Shown here in pieces: positions 54,636 through 64,000 of a DNA stretch of 64,000 nucleotides; the first letter of the stretch is position 1, and every line of letters starts with the position of its first letter. The translations under genes and the position numbers were made by a program. The notes beneath the pieces are model-generated. The model saw nothing but the letters and a program-made list of their open reading frames with translations. It was not told the DNA's origin and made no database searches. This DNA is from an uncultured Clostridia bacterium (GTDB taxonomy: Bacteria > Bacillota > Clostridia > Christensenellales > Borkfalkiaceae), in NCBI GenBank assembly GCA_949286835.1, contig CASEDP010000010.1:1696-65695 (forward strand). The letters are read 5' to 3'.

Positions 54636-55790
54636 ATGACCAAAATATTGAAGTTAAATGCAATAAGCCCCCTCGCCGACGGCGTGTTCGAGGGTTGCGA
54701 ATACGGCGACGCCGTGAAGAACCCCGACGGAATAATGGTGCGTTCTGCCGCAATGGCGGACTATGAGACGGGCGCCAACCTGCTTGCAGTTGCAAGGGCG
54801 GGCGCGGGCACAAACAACATACCCGTGGCGGCATATTCCGAAAAGGGCATAGTCGTATTCAACACCCCCGGCGCGAATGCCAACGCCGTAAAGGAGCTGG
54901 TACTTTGCGAGCTCTTCCTCGGCGGCAGAAAGATAATCGACGCCGTGGAGTGGGTAAAGAGCGTGAAGAACGAGGAGAACCTCTCCAAGCTCGTGGAAAA
55001 GGGCAAGTCCAAGTTCGTGGGCGGCGAAGTTATGGGCAAGACGCTGGGCGTCATAGGTCTGGGCGCGATAGGCATTGCGGTGGCAAACGCCGCATTTGCG
55101 CTGGGAATGAAGGTAATAGGCGTTGACCCCTACCTCTCCACGGCAAACGCGCTTCTTCTCAATCCCGCGGTGAAGGTGGTCGCAACGCGCGAAGAGGTAT
55201 ATGCCAGGGCTGACTACATAACCGTGCACGTCCCCCTCACCCCCGACACTAAGGGACTTTTCAACGCAAAGACGATTGCCCAGATGAAGGACGGCGCGGT
55301 GCTGATAAACAATTCGAGGGGCGAACTTGCAGACGTCGACGCGGTAAAGGACGCGCTTGAAAGCGGCAAGCTGGGAAGATACATCACCGACTTCCCCGAC
55401 GCCAGGCTCATAGACGTTGCCAACGCCATATGCGTGCCCCACCTCGGCGCAAGCACGCCCGAGGCGGAGGACAATTGCGCGGTGATGGCGGCAAGACAGC
55501 TTAAGGACTACATCGACAACGGCAATATAGTAAACAGCGTGAACTATCCCGCAGTGACCGCCGAAAGAGAGGGCAAGGCGAGAATTTGTATACACCACAA
55601 GAACGTGGCGAATATGATTGCCCAGTTCACGGCGGCAGTCTCGAAGAAGGGGCTGAACATCGCCAATATGACCGACAAATCCAAGGGCGACTATGCCTAC
55701 AGCATAATCGACGTCGACAGCGAGGTCGATAAGTCGCTTGCGGAGGACATAGCCGCAATTGCCGGCGTCATCCGCGTCAGGGTAATCTGA
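54636..55790 (+). CDS. serA: D-3-phosphoglycerate dehydrogenase
   Basis: ORF trimmed to MTKILKLNAISPL. It is a 2-hydroxyacid dehydrogenase with the NAD fold GVIGLGAIG and a C-terminal ACT-like region. It starts 1 nt after the serC stop. Confidence 0.9.
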   Translation: MTKILKLNAISPLADGVFEGCEYGDAVKNPDGIMVRSAAMADYETGANLLAVARAGAGTNNIPVAAYSEKGIVVFNTPGANANAVKELVLCELFLGGRKIIDAVEWVKSVKNEENLSKLVEKGKSKFVGGEVMGKTLGVIGLGAIGIAVANAAFALGMKVIGVDPYLSTANALLLNPAVKVVATREEVYARADYITVHVPLTPDTKGLFNAKTIAQMKDGAVLINNSRGELADVDAVKDALESGKLGRYITDFPDARLIDVANAICVPHLGASTPEAEDNCAVMAARQLKDYIDNGNIVNSVNYPAVTAEREGKARICIHHKNVANMIAQFTAAVSKKGLNIANMTDKSKGDYAYSIIDVDSEVDKSLAEDIAAIAGVIRVRVI

Positions 55791-55819
55791 CGGACTTAAA
55801 AACCTAAAACAAATTGCGC

Positions 55820-55863
55820 GCGGCGCGGGCTTTTCGTCTGAAAAGTCCGCGCCGCCTTCATTT
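55820..55863 (+). terminator. Rho-independent terminator after serA
   Basis: GCGGCGCGGGCTTTTC / GAAAAGTCCGCGCCGC form a 16-bp stem with one G-U pair, followed by CTTCATTT. Confidence 0.7.
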
Positions 55864-56066
55864 AATCGAATTTTTGCATTGCCACGCGGATATGCCCGCA
55901 CGAACGCTCCCTCTGCCCTTCTTCCGCGCCGCCGACAGGCACCCTTCCGCCCTTTGTCCGACAGGCGACAGGCGGCGGCATTTAACCCTTGCGCGACGCG
56001 CAAGGACGAATAAAAAGCGCCCGCTCGGCGCATAATGAGATTAACAAAACTACGGAGGTCATCCAT

Positions 56067-56231
56067 ATGTCCAAGAGCAAACACAAGGTAAGAAGAATTA
56101 CGGACGAGCAGTACAACGAATACATTGCCGTGCTGCGAAGAGAGCCCGCCCTTTATATGGCAAACGGCAGGGAGTTTATACCCGACGAGATTACGCCCGA
56201 CAAGAGAGAAGAGGACAAAAAGGGCGATTGA
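56067..56231 (+). CDS. Hypothetical 54-aa protein
   Basis: MSKSKHKVRRITDEQYNEYIAVLRREPALYMANGREFIPDEITPDKREEDKKGD, with a GGAGG RBS 8 nt upstream of the ATG. No family recognised. Confidence 0.45.
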   Translation: MSKSKHKVRRITDEQYNEYIAVLRREPALYMANGREFIPDEITPDKREEDKKGD

Positions 56232-56322
56232 ACGGCACATATGCCGCAGCGAACGCAATTATGCCGAGCTGCCGCCCATAGAACTCGCCCTAAGAAAGGC
56301 TGCACGCGCGAAACAAAGTTTC

Positions 56323-56346
56323 GGGCGGCGGAAAATTCCGCCGCCC
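56323..56346 (+). terminator. Rho-independent terminator after the 54-aa ORF
   Basis: GGGCGGCGGAA / TTCCGCCGCCC form a perfect 11-bp stem followed by CTTATTATTT. Confidence 0.7.
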
Positions 56347-56429
56347 CTTATTATTTGCGCATATGCCGCAAACTTGCCGACTTATGCGCCACCCCCGTTA
56401 CTTATTCAAGCCCCGCGCGCGGGGTCAGA

Positions 56430-57899
56430 TTACAGAAGAATACATATAACGCCGCCCTTTCCTTCGTTGACGATGCGCGTTATGGCGCGGCGCATCTTGT
56501 TGCGCGTATCCTCCTGAATACACGTCACCTTGCCGTCCAGCCCTTCCTTGACCATACTCTTCAAGGACTTTCCGAAGAGGCTTGTGTTCCACGTCGCCTG
56601 GGGGTCGCTTTCAAACCCGTTCATAATGCCGTTGACCATCTCCTCCGACTGGGAGGCAAGCCCCATAATCGGGCTCACTTCGCTTTTGACGTCGACCTTT
56701 ACGACGTGATAGCTGGGCGCCGTCGCCTTTAATTTTATGCCCACGTTGGCGCCCTGCCTTACAAGTTTGGGCGCTTCGAGCGTCAGGTCGTCATCGTCGG
56801 GTCTGACTATGCCGTACCCCGTGACGCGCGCGCACTCCAGCGCGTCCTTGACCTTGTCATAGCCGCGCTTTGCACGCGATGCCGAGGCGACATACTGCAT
56901 CAGGTCACATTCGTCCTTTATCTCCTCTCCCGCCGTCTCGGAGAGCATTCTGAAGAACACGCCCTCCTTAAGCGCCACGCCGAGCGTAACCTCTCCCGTC
57001 GCAGGCGAAAGACTTACATCGGCGCCGCTCTGCCAGATATCGCTGTTATAGAACAGCCCGTCGAAAGCCGAGCACTGCCGCATTACGCTTATGCCCTCGC
57101 AGGCAGAGCGCACGCCCTCCAGAAGTTCTGCAATCGCCGAACTTTCGGGCGGCATTACCTTCATCCATTCGGGAATGTCGACCTCCACACCCGTGACGGG
57201 GAACTCGAAGAGCACCGCGCGGAGTATCCCCTCCAGCTCGCCCTTTTCCGCCCTCTCGCAGTTGACGGCGACGACGGCGCAATCATACTTTTCGGAGAGC
57301 TCTGCGGCAAGCTGTTGCGCCGGCGCGCTGTCAGGCCTCGCACTGTTCAACACCATTACGAAGGGCTTGCCGATAGCCTTGAGCTCCCTTACCGTCCTCT
57401 CCTCCGCGGCGACGTAATTGCCCCTCGGTATGTCCGTCACCGTGCCGTCCGTAGTGACGAGCACGCCTATCGTGGAGTGGTCGCAGATTACCTTTTGGGT
57501 GCCCAGCGCCGCCGCCTCCGCAAACGGAAGGGGATTTTCGCTCCACATAGTCTTGACGAGGCGGGGCGCGCCGTCCTCCTCGAAGCCCGAAGCGCCCTCG
57601 ACGGGGAAGCCGACGCAGTCAATGAGCCGCACGTTTGCCGTCGCATTGCCCACCTCTATGCCGACCGCCTTTGCCGGTATGAACTTGGGCTCCGTAGTCA
57701 TTACCGTCCTGCCAGAGGCAGACTGGGGCAACTCGTCAACCATTTCGCCGACGCCGCCCCTGACGTTGGGAAGGACGAGCTCGGTCATAAACCTCTTGAT
57801 GAGAGTGGATTTGCCCGTGCGCACGGGCCCCACTACGCCTATATAGATATCCCCGCCGCTCCTTGCGGCAACATCTTCGTAGATATTACTTTCCTGCAT
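56430..57899 (-). CDS. spoIVA: Stage IV sporulation protein A (spore coat morphogenetic ATPase)
   Basis: MQESNIYEDVAARSGGDIYIGVVGPVRTGKSTLIKRFM is collinear with the B. subtilis SpoIVA N-terminus and Walker A motif. GGAGG RBS. Confidence 0.95.
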   Translation of the reverse strand: MQESNIYEDVAARSGGDIYIGVVGPVRTGKSTLIKRFMTELVLPNVRGGVGEMVDELPQSASGRTVMTTEPKFIPAKAVGIEVGNATANVRLIDCVGFPVEGASGFEEDGAPRLVKTMWSENPLPFAEAAALGTQKVICDHSTIGVLVTTDGTVTDIPRGNYVAAEERTVRELKAIGKPFVMVLNSARPDSAPAQQLAAELSEKYDCAVVAVNCERAEKGELEGILRAVLFEFPVTGVEVDIPEWMKVMPPESSAIAELLEGVRSACEGISVMRQCSAFDGLFYNSDIWQSGADVSLSPATGEVTLGVALKEGVFFRMLSETAGEEIKDECDLMQYVASASRAKRGYDKVKDALECARVTGYGIVRPDDDDLTLEAPKLVRQGANVGIKLKATAPSYHVVKVDVKSEVSPIMGLASQSEEMVNGIMNGFESDPQATWNTSLFGKSLKSMVKEGLDGKVTCIQEDTRNKMRRAITRIVNEGKGGVICILL

Positions 57900-57948
57900 T
57901 TTCCGCCTCCGCTATTAAAAAATCGAAAAATTTTCTGTTATGTTTAAT

Positions 57949-57977
57949 AACATATGGCAGAGGCGGGCGGAATATTC
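57949..57977 (-). promoter_or_regulatory. Candidate sigma-E-type sporulation promoter of spoIVA
   Basis: The minus strand reads GAATATT-14 nt-CATATGTT. This fits the sigma-E pattern ATA-N16-CATAyr-T and lies about 50 nt upstream of the ATG. spoIVA is sigma-E dependent in Bacillus. Confidence 0.5.
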
Positions 57978-58108
57978 ATAAAAAATTCCCGCCGCACAGA
58001 GAGCGACGGGATATTATTATTGTTGTATTTTGCCTACCGAAGCAGAGGCGGAAAAATTGTTCTGCAAGCGCGCGCTAATTGCGCGTACCCGCCAAAACTT
58101 TCGCACTG

Positions 58109-59305
58109 TTACTGCGCCGCGGGTGCGACGACGTCGGCGACGAATGCGTCCATTGCGCCCTTGTCCGAGAAGTTTGCTATGAACATAAGATCGCCCATAG
58201 CGTCCGAAAGCGCCTTTGCAACCCTGCCCAGAAGCTTGATGTTAGCGCCGTACTTTTCGACGATTTCCTGCTCGCAATACCTGTATTCCTTGCCGTCCCT
58301 TCTGCCGACGAATACGCAGAAGTACTTTTCGCCGCAGTCCTTGAGCGTGCTGTCATAAGCGATCATATCCGCCCATATCTTGTAGACGTCGGTGGAGTTT
58401 GCAAAGTTCATCATATCGGGGGAAATGCCGCCCGAAGGACGCATATTGACCTCCAGCGCGACGACGTCGCCCTTCTTGCCTATGCGCTGGTCCCTGGTGA
58501 GGCGGAAGAACTCGAAGTGGACGAAGCGGCTCTTGACGCCGAAGGCTTTAAGCACCTTTCTGCCCGCAGCCCTGACGTCCTCGAACGGCTGATTTACGAT
58601 GTAGAACACCGAGTTGTCGCCGTTGTTGACGACGTCCATAAGCGAATCGGGAGTGACGTTGCCCGTCTCGAAGATGGGCTGCCCCTTGCTGTTGACGATT
58701 GCGTCGTAGGAGTTGACCTCGCCCTCTATGTATTCCTCAACTATGTAGGGCACGCCGTCGGGCTTGTTCTTTAAGAACGCCTTGAGCTCCTCGTCGCTCG
58801 AAATCTTGTATGTAGCGTTTGCCCCGACGCCGTTGTCCGGCTTGACTATCACGGGATAGCCGACTTTGTTTATCAGCCTCTTGCAGACGGATATCGTGCT
58901 GGCGTTGCAGTGCTTTGCGACCTTGATGCCCGCCTTCTTGTAGTACTCCTTCATCTTGGACTTGTACTTAACCTTCGGCATATCCTTGCTCTGGAAGCCA
59001 GTGGTTATGTTGAACTCCGTCCTGAGCGCGGCATCTCTTTCCAGCCAGTATTCGTTGTTGCTCTCCAGCCAGTCAATCTTTCCGTAGCGGAAGGTGAAGA
59101 ATGCGACGGCGCGGAACACCTCGTCATAGTTTTCGAGCGAGTTGACCTTGTAATATTCCGTAAGGCTCTTTTTGAGCGGTTCGGAAAGTTCGTAATAGGG
59201 CGCGTCGCCTATTCCCAGGACATTGAAGCCGTTGTCCTTAAGTCCCCTGCAGAAACGCCAGTACGTTTCGGGAAAGTTAGGTGAAATGAACACAAAATTT
59301 TTCAT
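58109..59305 (-). CDS. ATP-grasp domain protein (carboxylate-amine ligase-like), function unknown
   Basis: 398 aa. The ATP-grasp core reads GYPVIVKPDNGVGANATYKI...YIVEEYIEGEV...ALEVNMRPSGG. Confidence 0.8.
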   Translation of the reverse strand: MKNFVFISPNFPETYWRFCRGLKDNGFNVLGIGDAPYYELSEPLKKSLTEYYKVNSLENYDEVFRAVAFFTFRYGKIDWLESNNEYWLERDAALRTEFNITTGFQSKDMPKVKYKSKMKEYYKKAGIKVAKHCNASTISVCKRLINKVGYPVIVKPDNGVGANATYKISSDEELKAFLKNKPDGVPYIVEEYIEGEVNSYDAIVNSKGQPIFETGNVTPDSLMDVVNNGDNSVFYIVNQPFEDVRAAGRKVLKAFGVKSRFVHFEFFRLTRDQRIGKKGDVVALEVNMRPSGGISPDMMNFANSTDVYKIWADMIAYDSTLKDCGEKYFCVFVGRRDGKEYRYCEQEIVEKYGANIKLLGRVAKALSDAMGDLMFIANFSDKGAMDAFVADVVAPAAQ

Positions 59306-59366
59306 ATTTAGCCACTTCCTTTATAGTGCTTTAGTTGAATTTATATCTCTGCCCGCCGCGGCGATT

Positions 59367-60116
59367 TTAAAAGCCGAAAGCGCGCATAAAATACGGAATT
59401 TCTCTCTCCCACGCCGCCTCGCAGTGAGTGCCGCCCTCGACGACGCGCGCCGTGACGGTTATCCCCTTTGTCGCAAGGAAGGAAAAGGTTTCGCCGAACA
59501 GCTTGAGCTGGGGCGAATGATTTTTGAACTCCCTGGTGCCGTAGTCGGTGAAGAGCGCCGTGCCCCGCACGTATCTGCCCGAGGAGATGAAGGAGGGCAT
59601 CTGCCCGTTCTGCACCCAGAGGCTGGGCGAAAGCGCCGCACCCTTGGAGAAAAACTCGTTGTACTTTGCCAGCGCGTAGAGCGTCATAAGCCCGCCCATA
59701 GAGCTGCCGCCTATGAACGTATGCTCTCTGTCGGCAAGCGTCTTAAAGCGCCCGTCCACCATAGGCTTGAACACGCCCGTAAGCCAATCCATATATTTTT
59801 TGCCCCTGCCGACGATGTGCCTGCCGTGAAAGTCGAAACTTACGGGGGAGTACTCCGAAAGGCGCATATCCCCTTCGTGATTACATTCCGGCGCGGCGAC
59901 GATTATCTTCGTACCCGTTCTGTCGAGGTAGTCCATAAGCCCCCAGCTTTTGCCGAAAGTCGCGTCCCCGTCGAGAAAAAGATTGTGTCCGTCAAACATA
60001 TACAGTACGGGATACCGCTCGTCACTTTCATAGTAGCCGTCCGGCAGGTAGAAATAGACGCGCCTCTCCCTGTCCCCCGTAAGCGGGGGAACGGTTATGG
60101 TTTCCCTCAATAGCAT
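59367..60116 (-). CDS. Esterase family alpha/beta hydrolase (PF00756-like)
   Basis: 249 aa containing RYPVLYMFDGHNLF and the nucleophile elbow GGSSMGG. Confidence 0.75.
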   Translation of the reverse strand: MLLRETITVPPLTGDRERRVYFYLPDGYYESDERYPVLYMFDGHNLFLDGDATFGKSWGLMDYLDRTGTKIIVAAPECNHEGDMRLSEYSPVSFDFHGRHIVGRGKKYMDWLTGVFKPMVDGRFKTLADREHTFIGGSSMGGLMTLYALAKYNEFFSKGAALSPSLWVQNGQMPSFISSGRYVRGTALFTDYGTREFKNHSPQLKLFGETFSFLATKGITVTARVVEGGTHCEAAWEREIPYFMRAFGF

Positions 60117-60144
60117 AAAATGAATATTCTCTCTGATAGCGCGT

Positions 60145-61080
60145 TCAGATATGCCCTTCTATGAACGCCAAAATGTCCGAAACGACCTCGCACTCGCAGA
60201 CGTCGTTCAAAATCTCGTGACGGCAGCCGTCGTACAGCTTCATCTGAACGTCCAGACCGTGCGAAAAGTACTTTTTGTGCAGTTTTTTTACGCCCTTGCC
60301 ATAGTCGCCCACAGGGTCATCCCCGCCCGAAACGAGAAGTATCGGCAGCGATTTGGGCGTAGCCGCAACAGTCTTTTCTGAACAAGCCTTGCCCAGCGCG
60401 TCGAACAACCCGTAAAAGCCGTTGAGCGTGAAGGGTATGCCGCACAGCGGGTCCGAAATGTATGCGTCGACGTTGCTCTCCTTGAATGACAGCCAGTCGA
60501 ACTGCGTCCTGCCTCCGAAGCGCCTGTTGTATGCGCCGAAAGCCAGCCTGTTGACAAACGGTGAACGGTGATGCCATCCTTTGAACAGCGCGATGAGCGA
60601 ACAGACGAATTTGCCCGTGCCGGTGACGAGCGCGCCCTTGAAGCCCGTGCCCATTATCACCGCGCCCGCAAGCTCTTCTCCGTACAGCGCGACGTACCTG
60701 CGCGCAAAGAAGGAGCCCATAGAGTGCCCGAGTATGAAACAGGGCTTGCCTTCAAACCTGTGCTTCATTCTCTCCGTAAGAGTGCGTATGTCCTTGAGCA
60801 CGCATTCGCAGCCGCGCTCTTCGGCAAAATAGCCGAACTCGTTCTCGGAAGAGACAGATTTGCCGTGCCCGAGATGGTCCTCCGCGCACACGAGTATGCC
60901 CTTTTCCGCCATTGCGGCGGCGAAACGGTGATAGCGTTCGGCATATTCCGCCATTCCGTGAATTATCTGCAACACCGCCCTGACTTCGCCTTCAGGCTGC
61001 CATATACAGGCGTGTATGTTGCTCTTTCCGTCAGAAGACGAATAATAAACCTCTGAAAACAGATATTTCTCTCCCGCCAT
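60145..61080 (-). CDS. Alpha/beta hydrolase (lysophospholipase / monoacylglycerol-lipase-like)
   Basis: 311 aa containing HGMAEYAERY, HLGHGKS and the nucleophile elbow GHSMGS. Confidence 0.8.
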   Translation of the reverse strand: MAGEKYLFSEVYYSSSDGKSNIHACIWQPEGEVRAVLQIIHGMAEYAERYHRFAAAMAEKGILVCAEDHLGHGKSVSSENEFGYFAEERGCECVLKDIRTLTERMKHRFEGKPCFILGHSMGSFFARRYVALYGEELAGAVIMGTGFKGALVTGTGKFVCSLIALFKGWHHRSPFVNRLAFGAYNRRFGGRTQFDWLSFKESNVDAYISDPLCGIPFTLNGFYGLFDALGKACSEKTVAATPKSLPILLVSGGDDPVGDYGKGVKKLHKKYFSHGLDVQMKLYDGCRHEILNDVCECEVVSDILAFIEGHI

Positions 61081-61183
61081 AAAATCTCCGCCCTGCGCCC
61101 CGCAGAACAGGCGGCGCTCAAGTTCCCTTTTACAGTTAAAATTATAACACTTAGCTTGCGCGTTTGCAATAGCAAATACGCCT

Positions 61184-62188
61184 TTATGAATAAAAAGCCT
61201 GAATATTATCGGGGGAAATGGGGCGCTTGCCGCTCTCTATCTCGCCGATGAGCACGGATACGCGGTCGGTAAGCGGGGTATCTACCCCCGCCTTGTCGCC
61301 GTATGCCGAAACCAGCCCGGAAAAGTACTCTATCTCGCACTTTTTCCCGCGCGACAGGTCGAAGTACATTCCCGAAAGAATGTGGCTGTGGTTCTTCATT
61401 GCGACGGGAAACAGCAGCGTTGAGAGAACGCGCTTAAAGGGGTTGTTGTAGCTTAAAAGCCCGACGGCGTCCCTCCCCTGAATGAGCGCGGGCTTTACGC
61501 CCAGCGCGCGGCACACTTTTGCACCCTCGTTGAATATGCCCTGCGCTATGCGGCGTGGCTCCTTCTGCCCTGCAATCTGCCCGAAAGTCAGCCCCGTAAG
61601 TCCCGAAAGGGGCGAAAAAGCGTTGTTTATAATGAGTTTTGTCCAGCGCGCGCCGATGAAATTTTCCTCGACGACGACCCTGCCCATAAGCGAGAGCACG
61701 CTGCGCACTCCCTCTGCGGGCGCGCCCCCTTCAAAAGGCGAGCCTATCTGATATTCTATCTTTTCGGGCGCGGAGGTCATCACGACTTCGCCCGCATTGA
61801 CGAGACTTGCGCCCCAACTGCAAACGCAGCCCAAAACGCGCTCCCTGCCAAGAATTTCCGCAAGCGTATATTCGGGCAGCCCGTTCTGGATTGTGCAGAG
61901 CACGCCGTCCGATTTGAGATAGTCCTTCAAAAAGTGCGCCGTCTGCACGTTTTCGAGTTGTTTGGTGGTGAGAAATATTATGTCGTACCGCCCTGTCATC
62001 TCCCCGGGAAGGAGGGCGTTTACGCGCGCGCTGAAATTATCGGTGCCCGAGACCTTTACGCCGCTCTCCTTCATTGCATTGACGTGCTCGCGGTTGCGGC
62101 AGATTACGTCCGCCATCAGCCCTCGGCGCGAAAAGTATGCGCCCATCGCCGTGCCCATTGCGCCTGCGCCGTAGATAGCCGTCCTCAT
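61184..62188 (-). CDS. Ketopantoate reductase (PanE/ApbA) family oxidoreductase
   Basis: ORF trimmed to MRTAIYGAGAMGTAMGAYF (Rossmann fold). It has the C-terminal ApbA_C-like DLSRGKKCEIEYFSG. Its ATG overlaps the upstream stop (ATGA). Confidence 0.8.
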   Translation of the reverse strand: MRTAIYGAGAMGTAMGAYFSRRGLMADVICRNREHVNAMKESGVKVSGTDNFSARVNALLPGEMTGRYDIIFLTTKQLENVQTAHFLKDYLKSDGVLCTIQNGLPEYTLAEILGRERVLGCVCSWGASLVNAGEVVMTSAPEKIEYQIGSPFEGGAPAEGVRSVLSLMGRVVVEENFIGARWTKLIINNAFSPLSGLTGLTFGQIAGQKEPRRIAQGIFNEGAKVCRALGVKPALIQGRDAVGLLSYNNPFKRVLSTLLFPVAMKNHSHILSGMYFDLSRGKKCEIEYFSGLVSAYGDKAGVDTPLTDRVSVLIGEIESGKRPISPDNIQAFYS

Positions 62189-63327
62189 ATCCCCATTCCT
62201 TTGAGCGCCTCGTGCGCCATTATCATATATGCCTTTTCGGAGGGGTGCAGGTGGTCGCCGCTGTCGTCGCCCTCTGCAAAGCTCAGCCCGTCGCCGTCGG
62301 AGCGCAGCGCCCTGTCGAAGTCTATCACGCCGTCCACGCTCGTCGTGCGTATCCATTCGTTTACCTTGCGGCGCATTTCCTCCCTGAAAGGAGCGTATGT
62401 GCGCCACCCCTTTATGGGCAATAGCGTGCCGAGGTACACCCTTAAATTATATTCCCTTGCAATGTCGATATAACTCTGCAATCCCGCGCACAGCTCGTCG
62501 ACGGAGGGCAAATCGCTCATCGGGCGGAAGGGGTTGACCTCAGTGCCGACGGGGTGAATTATGTCGTTTATGCCCTGCTGAATGAGCACGGAATGTGCGC
62601 CGCTGACAGTTGAAATTTCCCTCCTGAAGCGGTGTTCCCCGCTAAGTCCGTAGCTTTCGTAGGTTATGCAGGTATATTCCCTCAGAACGCGCGTGCCGCT
62701 TGCCGCACGCCTTACGATTGCCGTCCTGTTGTACGCGTCGGCAAGGCACTCCTCCGTCATATAGTCGGGAAAGCTCTGCGCGGTTATGCTGTCGCCGTAG
62801 GTGATTACGGCGCTGCATTCGTCCGCGGCATAGAGGTCTATGCCCGTGAGGAAGTAGAAAGTCGAGGTAGAGCGGGTATATTCGAGGGGCAATACGGGCG
62901 AAAGCGTGTGGTTGCCCACAGAGAAAAAGCCCTTGGAGAGCGGTCCCGTTATGACCACCGCAGAGCGCATAAGCGTAAAGTCGCGTATGTAAAAGCTTAC
63001 CGACATCACGCCGCCCCTCTTTATGCGGAAGTCGACCTCGTCCGAAAAGAGCTCTTCGCCCGGCTGAATGGTCACCCACTCCCTGCCGCCGAAGGTTATG
63101 AGCCTTGCGCCCTTGGGGTTTATCTCCCTGTCGCCCACCGCCGTGGCAACCGTGACGCTTTCGAGCGTTACGGGCTCTTTGCCGCAAAAGTTGGAAAAGT
63201 GCAGGCGCATCTTCTCTCCGCCGAACGCGCACTTTACGGGATAGCGCAGCGTTATGTCCTTTGCATATGTTTCAGGTCTGTGCTCAGCAACCGAAGTGGC
63301 GTTGCCCCAAACTGTAACCCATTTCAT
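62185..63327 (-). CDS. SGNH/GDSL family hydrolase with an N-terminal beta-rich domain
   Basis: ORF trimmed to MKWVTVWGNATS. The motifs are ITYGDSIT (block I Ser), QQGINDI and DSGDHLHPS (DxxH). Confidence 0.75.
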   Translation of the reverse strand: MKWVTVWGNATSVAEHRPETYAKDITLRYPVKCAFGGEKMRLHFSNFCGKEPVTLESVTVATAVGDREINPKGARLITFGGREWVTIQPGEELFSDEVDFRIKRGGVMSVSFYIRDFTLMRSAVVITGPLSKGFFSVGNHTLSPVLPLEYTRSTSTFYFLTGIDLYAADECSAVITYGDSITAQSFPDYMTEECLADAYNRTAIVRRAASGTRVLREYTCITYESYGLSGEHRFRREISTVSGAHSVLIQQGINDIIHPVGTEVNPFRPMSDLPSVDELCAGLQSYIDIAREYNLRVYLGTLLPIKGWRTYAPFREEMRRKVNEWIRTTSVDGVIDFDRALRSDGDGLSFAEGDDSGDHLHPSEKAYMIMAHEALKGMGI

Positions 63328-63659
63328 ATACCGTACAGTATTCGCTCCTTGACTGTTTTTGATTGAATGATGCGCGCCGCGCCCGCCGCGCGGGACTGCG
63401 ACGCTTACATATATAGCATATTCTATCATATCCCGAGCGCGTTTGCAACCCGTCTTTATTGCCACAGCGACAAAAAAACGCAATAAATTTCCGCATAATT
63501 AAGGCGCACCATAGCCAGGCGCCCGTCACGCCCCTCACGGCGGCGCATCCTATGCCGTCCCTTTGCCGCAACCGATTTGCCCTTTGCCGACATAACCTGT
63601 TCCGACCGAAAAAAATGGGCGGCAAGCCCAACAACATTGCGCCCGCCGCACAGTCTGTT

Positions 63660-64000
63660 TTATATCGATACAACGTCGAGCGAGCGCCCGTGCCTGCCGC
63701 CGTCGTCATCGTCCTCCTCGTACCTGTCGTAGTCGGAGGAAGTTCCGTCCTCGAACTCATAGCGGTACTGCCCAGCGCTGACGCGCACCCTGAAGCGCAC
63801 GTCGGCGTCGTCAATCTTGCCCTCGGCGACTATTACGCTCTCGCCGTTTTCGCTGCGCGTTCTGAACTTGAGTTCGTCCTTGACGCCGCCCGTCTCGACG
63901 ACGAGTTCAAGTTCGACCTCTTCTCCCTCCTTTTCGTATTTGACCTCCGTCTTTTCGGTCACATTGCCGTCGACGACCACGGTATAGACATATTCCTTAT
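63660..64000 (-). CDS. Hypothetical acidic protein, C-terminal part (5' end outside the window)
   Basis: The frame is open to the window edge. It reads ...VVVDGNVTEKTEVKYEKEGEEVELELVVETGG...YEEDDDDGGRHGRSLDVVSI. No family recognised. Confidence 0.4.
   Translation of the reverse strand, partial: KEYVYTVVVDGNVTEKTEVKYEKEGEEVELELVVETGGVKDELKFRTRSENGESVIVAEGKIDDADVRFRVRVSAGQYRYEFEDGTSSDYDRYEEDDDDGGRHGRSLDVVSI

Overview
This window reads as ordinary chromosome from a visibly GC-rich, endospore-forming Firmicute. The Clostridia-like markers are spoIIE, spoIVA, type III glutamine synthetase and LL-DAP aminotransferase. I can support about 50 protein genes and one six-tRNA operon (Gly-Arg-His-Gln-Lys-Lys, minus strand). 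I also call a set of sigma-A-type promoters, several exactly TTGACA-17-TATAAT, and many rho-independent terminators. Content from left to right: kduD fragment, NlpC/P60 hydrolase, CorC/CNNM transporter, and a sugar cluster (GPH symporter, GT2, ROK glucokinase, GH3). Then nitroreductase, an AT-rich islet next to the tRNA operon, glpK, a purine permease, and an ArsR plus P1B-ATPase metal module. Then vanW-PHP-recF, dnaA-mnmG-spoIIE, malQ-dapL-pyrG-dapF, purA, a ClC channel, glnN, dinB and aroA-U32-methyltransferase. Finally RNase J, a 907-aa acidic repeat protein, serC-serA, spoIVA, and an ATP-grasp/hydrolase cluster. I saw no transposase, integrase, CRISPR array, restriction, toxin-antitoxin or other recognisable defence genes, so I cannot point to a convincing multi-gene novel system. 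The items most worth a second look are: (1) two copies of a 36-nt hairpin-containing repeat bracketing a densely structured 311-nt non-coding stretch upstream of dinB. (2) An AT-rich islet between a decapitated DMT-transporter gene and a tRNA-Lys, holding a GC-rich nested-palindrome element. (3) A cluster of CATATG palindromes in about 180 bp. (4) The 907-aa acidic DIDYD-repeat protein. (5) A scrambled dnaA neighbourhood without visible DnaA boxes. All coordinates were counted by hand from the sequence and ORF track. No database search, RNA fold or statistic was run beyond simple arithmetic.
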